64,000 nucleotides of DNA from Takakia lepidozioides. Lineage: Eukaryota; Plantae; Bryophyta. The notes under the pieces are model-generated. The model saw only the letters and a list, made by a program, of their open reading frames with translations. It was not told the DNA's origin and did not search any database. Positions 38,346-51,264 of the stretch are shown piece by piece. Within the stretch, counting starts at the first letter, position 1. Every line of letters starts with the position of its first letter. The stretch lies in assembly GCA_030704615.1 (NCBI GenBank), contig CM060732.1:52018001-52082000 (forward strand), written 5' to 3'. Position numbers and translations under genes: made by a program.

Positions 38346-40487
38346 GTATGTGATTTGTATTTTCCGGTTTATCAACTGGGGATAATCTTGTTCGTCGCTG
38401 TTGACAAATCGGATGGTTGGATTTCTGTTTAGATGCGACGGCACATTCGAGAAGCATCCATGCACAAGAGAGGGAGTGTTCTCTCTGTCTCTCTCTCGTC
38501 TCTTTCTCTTTCTCTGCCTCGATCGATCCTTCTCTGCAGCAGTAATCTGTTGAGCACGACCATGTGAGACCTCTACATTCACACTGTAGTTGGAAGACGG
38601 TTAACCTCCTGCAAATTACTGCTTTTGGAAGTGGTTGTGAGCCCCACATGAGTCGGGGGCATGCAGGCTGAAAGTGGATCCAAGTGGGTTTCATGCTACA
38701 TAATGAGAGGACCCCGTTCTGTTCCATTTTTAGCCCGATTTCCCCTTTGGTAACTGGGAGAGGACTGCAGCTTAGCCCTTGCATCTCCACTATCTCAATT
38801 GGGCTGGCCGAAAAACTGCCGCTATTTGCGGGCAATGGTAGAGTTTGAGATATGTTTCCAGGCGTCCGTGCTCGTGGAGATGTGAGGAAGATGAACGTGC
38901 AACCATCCCCTTGCTCCCCAGGCGATAAGGCAGGATCCACAATTTCACTGCCCCCGTTACCTGGTTGCGGGCCCGCAGATTTACACGAAAAGTCTGATGA
39001 AGAAGCTCCAAACTTCCCACCAGAAAATTATTGACGAGAGCTGAGGGAGGGAAAGAGGTTGAGAGTGAGAGGGACGGACAAGAGAGAAAAGGACAAACTC
39101 GTGTGAGCCAACTAGTCTTTGATAGTCCCCAGCACCATGAACTTGCAGCAACTCCTCGTTTTTTTCCCCGAAGGTCCAGCCTCCGCCGCATGCATACCCT
39201 GCCATAGGCACTGCTGATGTCCTCACAGAACTTTCTCAGTTGTTACCCAAAAGAAGTAAGGGAATGTCTGAATTTTGCCTGTCGTAGTCTCTGTATGGCA
39301 CATAAGTGCATCGCTCCTGAGGTCCGTATGATTACTTACCCTCTTTACGTGCCTTAAAAAAATACGATACTCGGTAGCTTCTACACACAATGGCCAAGCA
39401 AAGGAGGGAGGCGGCACTATGGACGTGTCCAGACGTCCAGACAATGAGATGGAACGTGATGGCCGTATCCAAGATATGGAAGACTGCACCTCCACCTGCT
39501 TGCTTTGTGTTGTAGTGACTCTCAAACATTCACGCAGACAGTGCACTCACATTCTCCATTCTTCTCCGCTCAGAATAGATGCAACGGCCGTCGATGCTAT
39601 CACGAGGCTCTGTAAGTCTCCGGACAACATAGGTCTAGCTTTGTACTGGGCTGCTAGGGTCTCGTGAGAGTGAAATTTTAAAAACTGTGGAAACGCTTGG
39701 AGCAGAGGCCATAATTAAGAAAGGCGAACATTGCAATGATCACCCTCGAAGTAACTCATGCCTCAGCTGATGACAGATGGTTCCAAGAGCGTCGAATCTC
39801 AATCATGAAATCCTTCCAAGGTAGGAGACTTTCCGTCCGTTCGACTCTGTAGAATAATTGCTCCCATTGTAACACTAGTCAGGACACACTCTGTTGGATA
39901 GTGCAGTCAACGGTCATGCTCGGATGGGGGTTTACTGGCCATGAGATGCTAAAAGTGGAATTTCAAGCAGGAACTTGCGCTGTCCCCCAATTATATATTG
40001 CTCATTCAACACTGTAAAACCAGCTCACTTCAGTTGAATTCATTACAACCAATAAGTTCTGAGAAGCACTGTTTAAGGAGACAGATTGGGTCTTTGCAGT
40101 TCCAGTAGAGGCGAAGATACAAACAAAATCATTTGGCAATTTTGTGCTACTTCTTTTAGTACACCCATGGTGGGGCTTCAGTTGTCAGGAAGTAAGCGAA
40201 TGGGCATTGCCATCAACTGTGTATGCAAAACATTTTGCAACTTCTCTACTCAGAAGACAGGCTCTACAGTTCTGTGGTCAACTACACGGAGGATATCACT
40301 CCTTCCCACTGGATTTTAGGGTGAAACTGCCATACTTTCAAAAATATGATGGACTAGTAGGAAGTCATGTTCTAAAAGTTTGTTCTTGAAGAGGTACATA
40401 CAGGGTGCCCGGTCAGTTTTTGCAAGTAGTGGTTCCCATCTGTTTGCAACTAATGAAGTATATGTACAATTGCATGATCAATGCAGA

Positions 40488-43400
40488 CTATCTTTGGAGT
40501 GGTGTTGCTGTGGATGTGGCTTGCAGTAGCGAATCAGGAAAGCTGGTGGGTCGGTGAAGACTACAAGACGCAGACAGAGAGTTGCCAACATAGCTGGAGT
40601 GGAAACTCTTGACCTTCGGAGTCTCCTCCTTGGGCTCATCTGCTTTCTGAGAGAATTGATGCACAGGGTACATGCCTTTGATCTGGTGCAAATGCTCCAC
40701 CAGTTCTTTCATGGTCGGCCGATCCTGTCCAGACAAACATCTGAAAATTGTTAATAAGGAACAACATCTCCTACCCAACATCACATTTGCACTATGATAG
40801 TACATAAAAGACTTCACTTTCTTTCCTTAGCAGTGCATTGGATCATTATCAGAGCCTCACAACATTACTGCTTCAAGACTCTCCAGCAGTATCAATGGTT
40901 GAGTAATGCACTATCATACCTCGCGCTGAAATGCCAAGCAGATCATGGCTAGTTGAGCCATAGCCTCAATTGCCTTCATCATCTCCGGCTTTGATGAGGC
41001 CTCCAGCTGTGGGTCAACTATGTCTTCCAAGCGTCCATCTTTTATCAGCGGCAAAGCAAGCGATACAAGGTTCACCTCCTTTGAGCTGCGGTTGAAGTCC
41101 ACTGGTTTCTGTGATGTGATTAGCTCAAGCAGAATCACACCGAAGCTGTACACGTCACTTTTCTCAGTCAGTTGGCAGCTCTGGTAGTACTCAGGGTCCA
41201 GGTAGCCAGGCATCCCTTTCTCTGCTGTCAAGATGTGGGTGGCATCCATCGGAACCAACTGGGACAAACCAAAATTCGTCACCTTGGCAGTAGAAGACTC
41301 ATCAAGCAGGATATTGGTGGATTTTACATGTCTGTGATGGATTGGAGGGGAGGCCACACAGTGGAGGTATTCCAATGCTTCTGCAGTCTCCATTGCTACC
41401 TGCAAACGCCTGTTCCAATCCAATTGTTCTCCTGGCTGCTCCCTTTGCAAATGCTCAAAGAGGGACCCATTCGGGATGTACTCATAGACTAGTATGGTGA
41501 CGTCCATTTCTGAGCAGTAGCCCAGAAGCCGTACCAGGTTTTGGTGGTTGATTTGCGACAAAACTGTCACATCCTTCAAAAACTGTTGGGTGCCACTTCC
41601 ATTCACATGATTGGTTCTCTTGATGGCCACTACTGTCCCATTGTCAAGTGTCCCTTTGTAGACTGTACCAAATTCTCCACCACCAAGCTTCAGGTCATCA
41701 GCAAAGCCCTCGGTAGCCCTTTCCAGCTCTTTGAAGGTGAATAGGGTTGCCATTGGCTCTGTCCCCCGTGCTGTAGCAGAGAATATCCTTCGAATGTTTT
41801 TTAGACTTCTGAGGTTGGTCATGGCAATGTTGGTCACCCTCTCTGGTTTGGCATGTCCATTCTTCCATGACCAGCAACATATAAGTGCAGCGACTGCCAA
41901 ACAGATCATTGCTGCACAAAGGCCTGCCAAGGAGATTTTGCTTTGCCATCTCAGTTGAGAGATGACTGTTGGTGCTTTAACAAAGAAACCTCCATCCTAG
42001 ATTTACCCTTCTCCCTGCATAACTTGTTCACAATCAAGAGCAATTTTCTGTTTGACTTGCGCTTTACTAACAGCAAATTTTCGTAGTTGGATGCCCCTCT
42101 CAAAGAGATCATTGCTTTAGGACTAGGAGGGTTAACGATGGCGTTGTTGTTCAACTTAGATCTTAATAGTGCATTTGAAGTTGATACACTGCCACCTGAG
42201 ATCAACTTTCCAACTTTCTGTGATTGATTTCAGTGGGCTTTCAAGTTCAACATATCAACACATGTGCTGCATGTGTACTTCCTCTCTCAATTCGCCAACA
42301 AGAAGGACAGTCAAGGCCAGTAAATTCATCAAGGCCACGCCTAAGCATGACTTACAGCTCTGAAGGGGCTTGTCAAGTGATCCAACTCCACCAGACGAGT
42401 CGCACCCTGGGATGATTGCATGGCTCCTCATCCATTCAGATGCCTGCCATGGATGCAGGTATACTGGTTGATAGTTCCTAGACGATTTTTTTGCCAATTA
42501 GGGCTGCAGGTTTCCTTTGGTGTGTCTCAGAGCTCTTAGCATCCAACAATATTGATTCTCAAACAAGATTTGTTGAGCTGGCTATCAGAGAGACACGGCC
42601 ATACCTGCACCTAATCCAGTTTTGGACTTGCCCTTCATAGGTCGACAGCCAGTGCCCTTGATCAAGCCATCTCCTCGGTAATTATCGATGCACCGGCAAA
42701 TGTAGGAGCCCCCCTCGCTGACGCAATTGGCATCTTGATCACACTTTCTCCACGCAGATTCTGGGCACTGCGTAGCAACTGCAAATACAGTGTCCTTGTC
42801 AAATTTGAAGGAGCTCGGCAAAGGAAGAAAATGCGACAGATTTGGAGGTGGGTAATAGCGACCTAGTGCTGTGGTAAAGAGCTGGGCAGGCAAAAGAAGG
42901 CATGGGCGGAGACTCACCACTGCATCCAGTGCCATTGTTGAACCCGTCACCCGTGAAGCCTGCTCGACACTCACAATTGTAGCCAGAGTAGTTGTGAATC
43001 CCTTGAACATCCAGACACGTTCCATTTGTGGAGCACACGCCGCGAGGTGCTGCTTCACAAGACCCTGCGAGGGACCACAAAAGCTGGACTCCATACTCTC
43101 CATCACCGAGGACAGAATTATTGCTAGTGTTATAGCTTTCCGGGTATACCATACTAGAGAAGCCACAATCGGACTGTCCTTGGTAACTTATTCCGCCCCC
43201 AAACAGGTTCACATCTCTCGCACCACTGGGAATAGATACCGCGCAGCAGCTGTAGATATTGCAGAAGTCATAGATGGGCTTGTCGTTCGAGCACGAGGTT
43301 TGGCACTGCCCCAACTCATTCGCTAGATCTGTCGTGAAGTTCCCGGATGAGTTGCACCCATTCACAAAGAACAGGTTATTAGGAGACAGTGCGTATGGCC

Positions 43401-43740
43401 CCAGTGGTGGTAGCGTGAATTTGGCTGTGCCGTCCGCAAGGAGGGATCCATCGCATGACATGGCCTTCACGCTGGTCGTATTGACGATGAGGAAGGTCGT
43501 GTTGAAAGTGAGCACGTCGTAGTTGCCTGAGGGGGTTGGCAGATAGAGGGTCCCATGGCTGCTGCAATTGAGCTGAAACTCTGGGAGTCCACACCGGGGA
43601 CTTATTCCGAAAGGGTACTGCACTGTTGTGTTCCCACACTTTTGAGGGCATTGTGTAGAGTTGGTGGCAGCTGCGATGGTGCTCGAAGCATTCAAGGCCA
43701 GGACTAACAGCGCGCACGTAACTAATACCGGTATTCGCAT
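40488..43740 (-). CDS. Wall-associated kinase-like receptor (GUB_WAK + 2 EGF + TM + pseudokinase), 4 exons
   Basis: Signal peptide MRIPVLVTCALLVLAL; CPQKCGNTTVQYPFGISPRC; EGF repeats; TM GLCAAMICLAVAALICCW; kinase FTFKELERAT..VAIK..GYLDPEY..KSDVYSFGV. Exons 43740-42918, 42778-42605, 41923-40920, 40724-40488. Confidence 0.92.
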
Positions 43741-45638
43741 AAGCTGCCCTGGAAGAATGGCAGAAAGCATTCCACGACGAGGTCCGAGGAGGGGAGCTAC
43801 CATTAACGTGGCTACAGATAGGTTGATCACAGACTGTTTGCATGCTGATGACTTCTGCTGCTTCAGCACTGCTGGAGTTCCACGCCTGCCAGCATTGTGG
43901 ATCCTTCCTTCCTGCATCTATTTCCCCCGAAACTTATCTCTCTTCAACCCTCGGCCCCGAATTCTCACTGATACACACCAAAAGCTTCTCCCTGTCTCTT
44001 TCCCACGCACCTGTCTGTGCCCCTCTTTCCCTTCCTCTCCAGCTCAAGCTGTCACCGTTCTACTCAAAGCCTCCCCGCAGAATGATCTCCGTTTGATCTC
44101 AGGTGCAAGTGACTCCAAAAAACAAGAACAATTCAGCTCCAACATGCGCCCCTCGTCATGGCACTGGGATCAACACAGCATTGACTTGGAAAGCAGGATT
44201 AAATTCGACATAAAGAAGGCAGACAATCACACATCCCACAAAAAGGAAGCAAGAAACTACCGATTTCAAGACAAATCCAACACTTTTGGAATCAACTGCA
44301 TGATAGAAAGTCACGGAGGAGGTGGGCAAGGGCAAGACGGGGCCAGTAGAAGCTGCTCGAGAGTGCAGGCACCAAGTGCGCAGCTTGGCCCACCTCAGTG
44401 AGCCCGCCCCCTGCAAACTTCCCTTTAAAGACAGCACTCAATTTCTCACGTGTCTCTTCGCCACATGTGCCCCCCTTGGGGTACATAATGGATACCGGAG
44501 TGTAACGACACTGGAGGCATGGGAAAACTGGGCAGACATGAAACTGGTTGCAAGGTTTACTTCCCCCCTAAAAACAATTGTGCCTTTCATGACATGGGTT
44601 TTGTCGATAATGAGATTTTGATTTTCCCCTTCAGTTTCTTGATTGTGGGTTTTCGTTTCTTTGTGGTTTTCTTCCCAAATCGACATTCGTTAAGTCGGGA
44701 CTCGGTACATGGTGGATGTTTTCTGAAAACATGCAATCTCATGGTTTCCTTGTGCGGAAACAGGATAGTTGCTACCCCACAAACAGCCTACCCCTGTTGT
44801 GTAGAAGCTTTCATGCAACAAGTCTTAGTTGGCATTCATCTTACTGTAGGTATCTCGCAGTTGCTTAGCATCCATCATTATTCTTCAAATCGGGGATGTT
44901 TGTTGCATGTTGTTGTGGATTATAAATTGATAAACGATAGAGCGTCCATGATAGCAGGAGCATAAAGCCTTCCCCGGAGGCTGGATGCTGGGACAGCCTG
45001 TATGTATGCCAAGGCACATGAGTGAATGCTCCCCAGTCGGGACCACCATCTCACCCCCCACATGCACTGCTCCAACTGTTTGACTGCAAAAATATAATAT
45101 GTGATGGGGAGTGCAAATGACTCGATGAGAGTGAGATGTTGTCGGTTCTTTGGGTCTCAACAGATCTGTTTTGATTTGATTCAACAGACTAGTAATAGTA
45201 GCAGTAGTACAGGGGGTGACTGACTCTTGGTCCATCACGTGGGTGGTTGATGGAGACGAGTGGGCCATAGCAATGAGCCTGCCTACATCTATGTGTTCTG
45301 CATTACAATCTGCTTATGCCAAACATTCGTCATGGCGGCGCTACAGTTCTTGATCATCATCATCATTCATCACCGAGAGAGTTGCGAGTGCGAGCTGCAG
45401 TATGGGGACATTCTCGATCATCTATTCTGCGGCAAGTTTTCATGAATTGAATGTATTGCCACATCAGCTGCCAAGATGTCTTTGCTTTTTAGTTCAATGG
45501 GGTTTCGGCTCCCTGCCGCCAGACATTCAGCATGTTTCATTCTGAACTCGAAACCCTATGGTAGCTAGTGGGCACACATTGAACTATATGTACTTAGTTG
45601 AAAAGTTGCAAGGTGCACAGTTCTCTCGTTCTTCTTAC

Positions 45639-47363
45639 CTGAACCCGCAAGTGACGATATGAACTATGTATTACTGCATGGCCACCCCCATGCGGTACTG
45701 AGATTTGAGCTGGATATTGAAGTGAAAGAAGACGCAAGACAAAACCCTATTTACAGAATTCATGGTTTCCGATAACACTGCGAAGTGTTACGGGTGATCG
45801 AGCTCATGCATTATAAGTCCAGACAGTCAGCCCTTAATGACGGTTGGGTACCTAGGCATAAGATCAAAAGAACTCTGCGCGTAGATTGACCGGGCAACCA
45901 TACTCGCAATTTTACGACAGATCCGTGACGGCTATACCTCACCTTGCACATCCCAACAGCTTACTCCAATCCGGTCCCGAGTTGCGGACAATCGGAATCG
46001 TGGGCCACTCTGATCCAGACCCCTTGGACCCCTCTTTCAGTAATTTCTCCTCCTCTCGTTCAGGGTCAGATCGTCCTGGGCTCTTCGTGTCCGGTGGAGG
46101 CATGTTTATCTTCTTGTCCTGGGGTGAACTTCGTTCAGACTTTGAATGGGCCGGGGACCTGCTTCGGCGCACGACCTGCAAATGGTTTTTGAGTTAGAAT
46201 GCGGTACTTATGACAGCAGTACGCAATCAGTCATGAGACATAACACATTTAAAGAATCAAGAAGTTCTTTAGAATTGGTTTCAAGTAGTCAATACGAATC
46301 TCACATGTTCCATCAGAAAATCAAGCTGTTCAACAGATGTAGGACTGAATGAACTGTAAAATTCTTAAATGGTGCCACTGTATATGGAGTTCACGTACCC
46401 TCCTCAATGATGCCTCTGAACTGAAATCGCTATCTCTCTGCCAGGGTGCCGGGGACCTGCATCGCCGCTTATCCTGCACGCCACTTTATCATTCTTTAAA
46501 CATGCTCAAGATTTCAAGATTTGTACATACACGAATCATACATCATGTACATGGGTTATAGCTCCCATCTTCTCAAGTGATGAGTCCGTGTTCTTGAAAT
46601 GGTGATTGTAACAAATCCCAGAGGACTGCATAGTCTAACATAATTTCAGAATGGTATGCCAGGACATACCCTTAGTTCCTCTGATCTATTGCTGGTCCTC
46701 GCAGGCTGCCTGACCGGGGACCTGGACCTGGATCGGCGCACACCCTGCAGCAAGCGATTCTTCAGAATTCATTTTCGAGATTACAACTATTATGTCTCCA
46801 CTTGAATCTAGAAGGAGTCTAGAAGGACAGAGAAGGTCTCTAGAGGAGCTCTAGAGCAGAGTCTGTGTTCTTGAAATGGTGATCATAACTAACCCCAGAG
46901 GACTGCTTAACATTTCATCCGAATGGTATGGGACATACCCTTGGTTCCTCTCTCTCGCTGTTCCTCGCAGGCTGCCTGACCGGGGACCTGGACCTGGATC
47001 GGTGCACACCCTGCAGCAAGCCATTCTTGAACAAAATTCATTTCTCGAGAGTACAACTATTGTGCACCCACTTGCATCTAACGGCACAGAACTTCTCTAG
47101 AGCAGTCTAATGTAACCTTAACTTAAGAGAGTCCTAGCAGACCATCATATACATACCGGCCTGTTGAAAGCGTCTCTTGACTCCCTTCGTCGTCCATCTC
47201 TTGAGGGGCTTGCATCCCTCTCTCCATCTCTGGAATACCTCGCCTCTCTGCTCCTGGAGAACCTTCCACGTACTTCCACATTGCGAGACGACCCATAATC
47301 CCTAGAACGCTCATACCCACCTGACCGTCCGCTACCAGCATATTTCTCACTATCCCTAGGCAT
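45639..47363 (-). CDS. Orphan Arg/Ser-rich multi-exon protein (3' end unresolved)
   Basis: ATG 47363 MPRDSEKY..RSREARYSRD; short exons with CAG acceptors and GTAT/GTAC/GTAA donors at ~47010-46939, 46745-46669, 46473-46399, 46175-45965, 45710-45639, mostly encoding RSRSP motifs. Confidence 0.6.
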
Positions 47364-48467
47364 CGTGATCTCCCCTAAACGAGAGAAGCTCTACACTCCA
47401 AAGCGCTAATGATCCCACTTCCAGTACTGAACACCTACATTCCCCACCCCCACCGAGAGACATGCTCTTGAAAGAGAAAAATTACTGTCTCAGATCACAG
47501 CTAATTAAATCTTCCTAGACTCTCAAAGCTTCCACCACCAAAAACCTTGCTAAGCCATCAAAGCTTCCACCCGCATTCAATTCCTCTGAAGCCAGTCAGT
47601 CACTGCAGAACCAGAGACGGTTGACGTCTCTGAGACAGGTCTGAGACGTGAGCTCGTTGTGCAGTACTGTGAGCACAACGACAGATACTCTGCGCGGCGA
47701 GATCTGAGAGAGAGAGAGAGAAGGTGGACAGCCGCGCGGCCCTCCACTTCATCCCTCTAATATCATCCATCAACCTATTCATCCATCCCTTAACCGCCCT
47801 TTTTACTGCTCCACGTCACGGCATGATTAACCGAGCCGGGGAAAGGAGCAGTGGATGCATCTCTTCATCCATCTATCAACGGATCTTTACCTTGCAAAAG
47901 GTATCTACCGTACTCACGTTGTTTAATTAAAAATAGTATTAAATTAATGTCTCGCCAGCTGCAGTGGCGGAGTCCGATCCCGTCCCGTCCCAATCACCTT
48001 TACGGAAATTATTTAATAACAATTAAATATGTTATTTGACTGCAAGCAGGGTTGGAATGGATGAAACCTTTTGTTTCTCATTCGTCGTCGACGTCGGCTA
48101 GGCATGGGTTACAAGGCCGTTCCTGTGGGCCGCACGATCTAAGTAGAGGGGCGACTGAAAACCGTTCAAAGTGCAGGAGATTTTCCAATGGAAGCGCTGC
48201 AGAGCGCCACCTGTCGGTCACGATTGGATGTGTACTGTGCAGTCATTAGCTTTGACGTGACTACGATCCCAGCTCGCGCTCTCTCTCCCGCTCTCTCCCT
48301 CTCTCTCGCGTGCTCTCCAGACTCAAGCTCAGAGTCTCGCTCGACAGAATTTTTCTCTCTCGCTCGCATAAACTCGAGCGAAAGTCCTCACCCAGATAAC
48401 GTCTTCCTGCGGAAAACGTTCTGTGGCGCAGACTTCCAGCTCTGCAATACAGGTTTTCGTCTTCCTT

Positions 48468-49175
48468 TACAGTGCATGCGGTTACGTTGTTACCATTGTT
48501 TGGTCTGTGCAAAGCTTCACAATTTGAAGCCCGGACTTTGCAAAACGGTGAATTTAAGTCTCTGAGTGAGGCGATATCGAGAATATATTAGCCTGACCCG
48601 TATGGTTTTTCAGGGAAATCGTTCCTGGACTTGTTTGGAGTGTATGTGCGTACTCCTTCTCTTAGCACAGGGGTACTTGATGAAGGTCAATTTAAGTGCT
48701 GGACTGTAATTTTACCCATTCCCAGTTACACAGGTTCATGATGCGGTCGGATACTGAGAAATCTGTTGTATTGGCCATGTGCAGCCTCGTGCTTTCACAG
48801 ATACGTGTTCTGCAATTCTCTACAGTGCATGCGGTTACGTTGCTACCATTGTTTGGTCTGTGCAAGGCTTCACAATTTGAAGCCCGGACTTTGCAGACCT
48901 TTGTATTGCAGTTCTGAGTGAGGCGATATCGAGATATTAGCCTGACCCGTATGGTTTTTCAGGGAAATCGTTCCTGGACTTGTTTGGAGTGTATGTGCTT
49001 ACTCCTTCTCTTAGCTCAGGAGTACTTGATGAAGGTCTCATGAAGGTCAATCTAAGTGCTGGACTGTAATTGTACCCATTCCCAGTTACACAGGTTCATG
49101 ATGCGGGCGCATACTGAGAAATCTGTTGTATTGGCCTGTGCAGCCTCGTGCTTTCACAGATACCTGTTCTGCAAT
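48468..49175 (+). repeat. ~354-bp tandem duplication in the 5' UTR/intron of the WIYLD gene
   Basis: TACAGTGCATGCGGTTACGTTG at 48468 and 48821; both units end CTTTCACAGATAC.TGTTCTGCAAT. Confidence 0.9.
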
Positions 49176-50409
49176 GGGCGACGATGCGAAATATGAAGCT
49201 GCACGCAGATTTTTGGTGAATGACAATTCCTTCGACCAAAAAACTGTGAGCGAGACAATACGACATCTGCTCAAGGTAACGGGGCCCAGTTAGTAGATTA
49301 ATGACAGTTTGGGCATTGAGATCTCGAAGCGAATGGATACTTGGGCTTCAGGAACTAATTAGTCTTTATTCCCTTTAAACTGGTCACTGATCCATTCTGG
49401 ACAAGTTGGGTTGAAAGTGCAGGTTTACAAGGCAGATGCTCCTAACGTGGATTCTACAGCAATTTGGAGTTTACTGGAAGCGGACAACGATCGGACCATT
49501 GTGGAGAACATCTTGCAGGTGCAAGCCGATGCGGTAAGTTCACATGTGGTATGGGGGCTCTGTCTCCTCATACCAGTTGTCTTCAACAAGAAAGAATGTA
49601 CACATAAGCCGTTGTTTGCCTTTGTCAGGGGCTGACGCCGGTAGTATGACTTACCTTGAACCAACAGTTCGTCCGAGTTTTCCAGAAATCCTCTGTCTAC
49701 ATCCCTTCACATAAACATAAATCTGCTGTGTGTGATACCCCAAAAGGGCCTAGGCTCTTGGCTCAGCCTCCAGGCTCTCAAAGTTGGTAAACAGAGGTAC
49801 ATATTCCCTTGATGGCTTCCACAAGAAAGAGATCATCAAGGACCCATAATGCTGGCTCTAAAGGATAACCAAGATGTCTACAGCCTACTGACCACCTCTA
49901 GGAAGTGGTTGTGGGTTCAATCCACCAATTGGGTTGTCCACCTTCCAGCCCCGCAGTAACCCTTATGGCTCTTAAGCAAGGTCTAGTATTAAGTCCAGGA
50001 GGGCTCTCGTATATATAGATCTGCATTTGCATGCCTATCATGACAACAGTATTGTACATGTGTGTAGACTGTTGGTGATCCTTTCGTCAATGTCGGCAAG
50101 TCGCCTTGCAAAAGGCGCAGGAGCCCCCGTTTCAGGCCTATACGGGCCTCCTTTACTGCAAATGCTCCAGTACCAGAGGTGAGGAGGAGCTCCCATCTCC
50201 ATGATGCTCAAGTACCAGAAGCGAGGAGGAGCTCCAGTCTACGTGATGCTCTCCGTGATGCTCGAGTACCAGCACTGAGGAGGAGCTCCCGTCTCCGTGA
50301 TTATTATGTGGCCCGTTGGAATGCAGTAGCACAAGTGAGGAGGAGCTCCCGGCTCCGTGGTGGTTATGTGGACCCTTGGAAGCAACCACCGTCGATTCCA
50401 GAGGCTCAG
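49174..50409 (+). CDS. WIYLD (ubiquitin-binding) domain protein with RRSxRL repeats; downstream exons not identified
   Basis: Phase-0 exons 49174-49275, 49423-49533 and 50068-50409 splice in frame: AARRFL..FDQKTVSETIRHLLK|VY..WSLLEADNDRTIVENILQVQ resembles the WIYLD consensus. Confidence 0.7.
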
Positions 50410-50539
50410 GTAAGACAGTTCTAACGAAAAGTAGCTTCAGATTTTCTTGCAAGCTTCTTGCATAACTCCATGATACTAGATCGTAGGATACAATAGTGGT
50501 TGTGGGTTCGTCTTTGATACCAACTGTGTACACTAACCA

Positions 50540-50990
50540 TGAAAATATTGAACACAGTGTGTGTCAGCATCAACATGTATGAAAGATGGCTTCCAAGGTG
50601 CGATCTCCATGACCTTTACACGACGAGCCTTGGGAGCTCTATGTGAGCACAAACAGAAATATGGTTCATTGAACCGGCTTTGTACAACTACACTATCTTT
50701 ACCCGCTTGTGCGTCGTCGGATTTTGGAAAACCCAAATTGTCATGTTTCGACCCGAAAAAAAGGAGGCCTTATGCACATGCCAATTGTTGGGAAAGTTGG
50801 GATGCGGTTGTAAGGTCTGGAGTGCCTATGGGAGATTGTAGCACAAACGTTACTAATATAGAGGCAATTAGGAAATGCCAAAGAAAAATGATCGATAAGG
50901 AACGAATCACTAGGTTCATGTTCAAAAAGTTTCGAGATGCTTATAGATTTAAGTCTAAAGGATAAAAAACATCGAATTGACTAAAAGTGT
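50540..50990 (+). repeat. Unclassified dispersed coding-like repeat (HANCWESWDAVVRSG family); inverted copies at ~61670-61910 and ~61985-62505
   Basis: TGTTGGGAAAGTTGGGATGCGGTTGTAAGGTCTGG at ~50786; reverse-complement matches at ~61800 and ~62395. Confidence 0.75.
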
Positions 50991-51264
50991 GCTTGGGAAT
51001 ACAAAAATATACTTTGCTTTCTACCCTAAAGTGCCAAATAGAGAATTGGTTAAACCCAATTGAGTCATGGAGGTTTAGCCCTAAACTTACTTGGGCACAG
51101 GGTTATGACAAAATATGGGAGAGAGAGGAAAGAGCATGCTACAGAAAGGTCTCGGTTGGGGTTGAGAAAGGAGAATGAAAACTTGTCACTGAAACTGGAG
51201 CAAAGTACTTAATGCTTGCTTAGAAGGAAGTTTGCGTTTGCCAACTGCCTTAGAAATAATACTA

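Noticed and set aside
41270-41340. RNA editing restoring HRD/DFG in the WAK kinase
   Set aside because: Would need C-to-G and A-to-G changes in a nuclear mRNA; plant PPR editing is organellar C/U.
43661-44401. 246-aa plus-strand ORF and other long antisense ORFs (e.g. 37278-37721, 42871-43326, 31671-32219)
   Set aside because: Shadows of real genes or low-complexity sequence on the opposite strand; no motifs.
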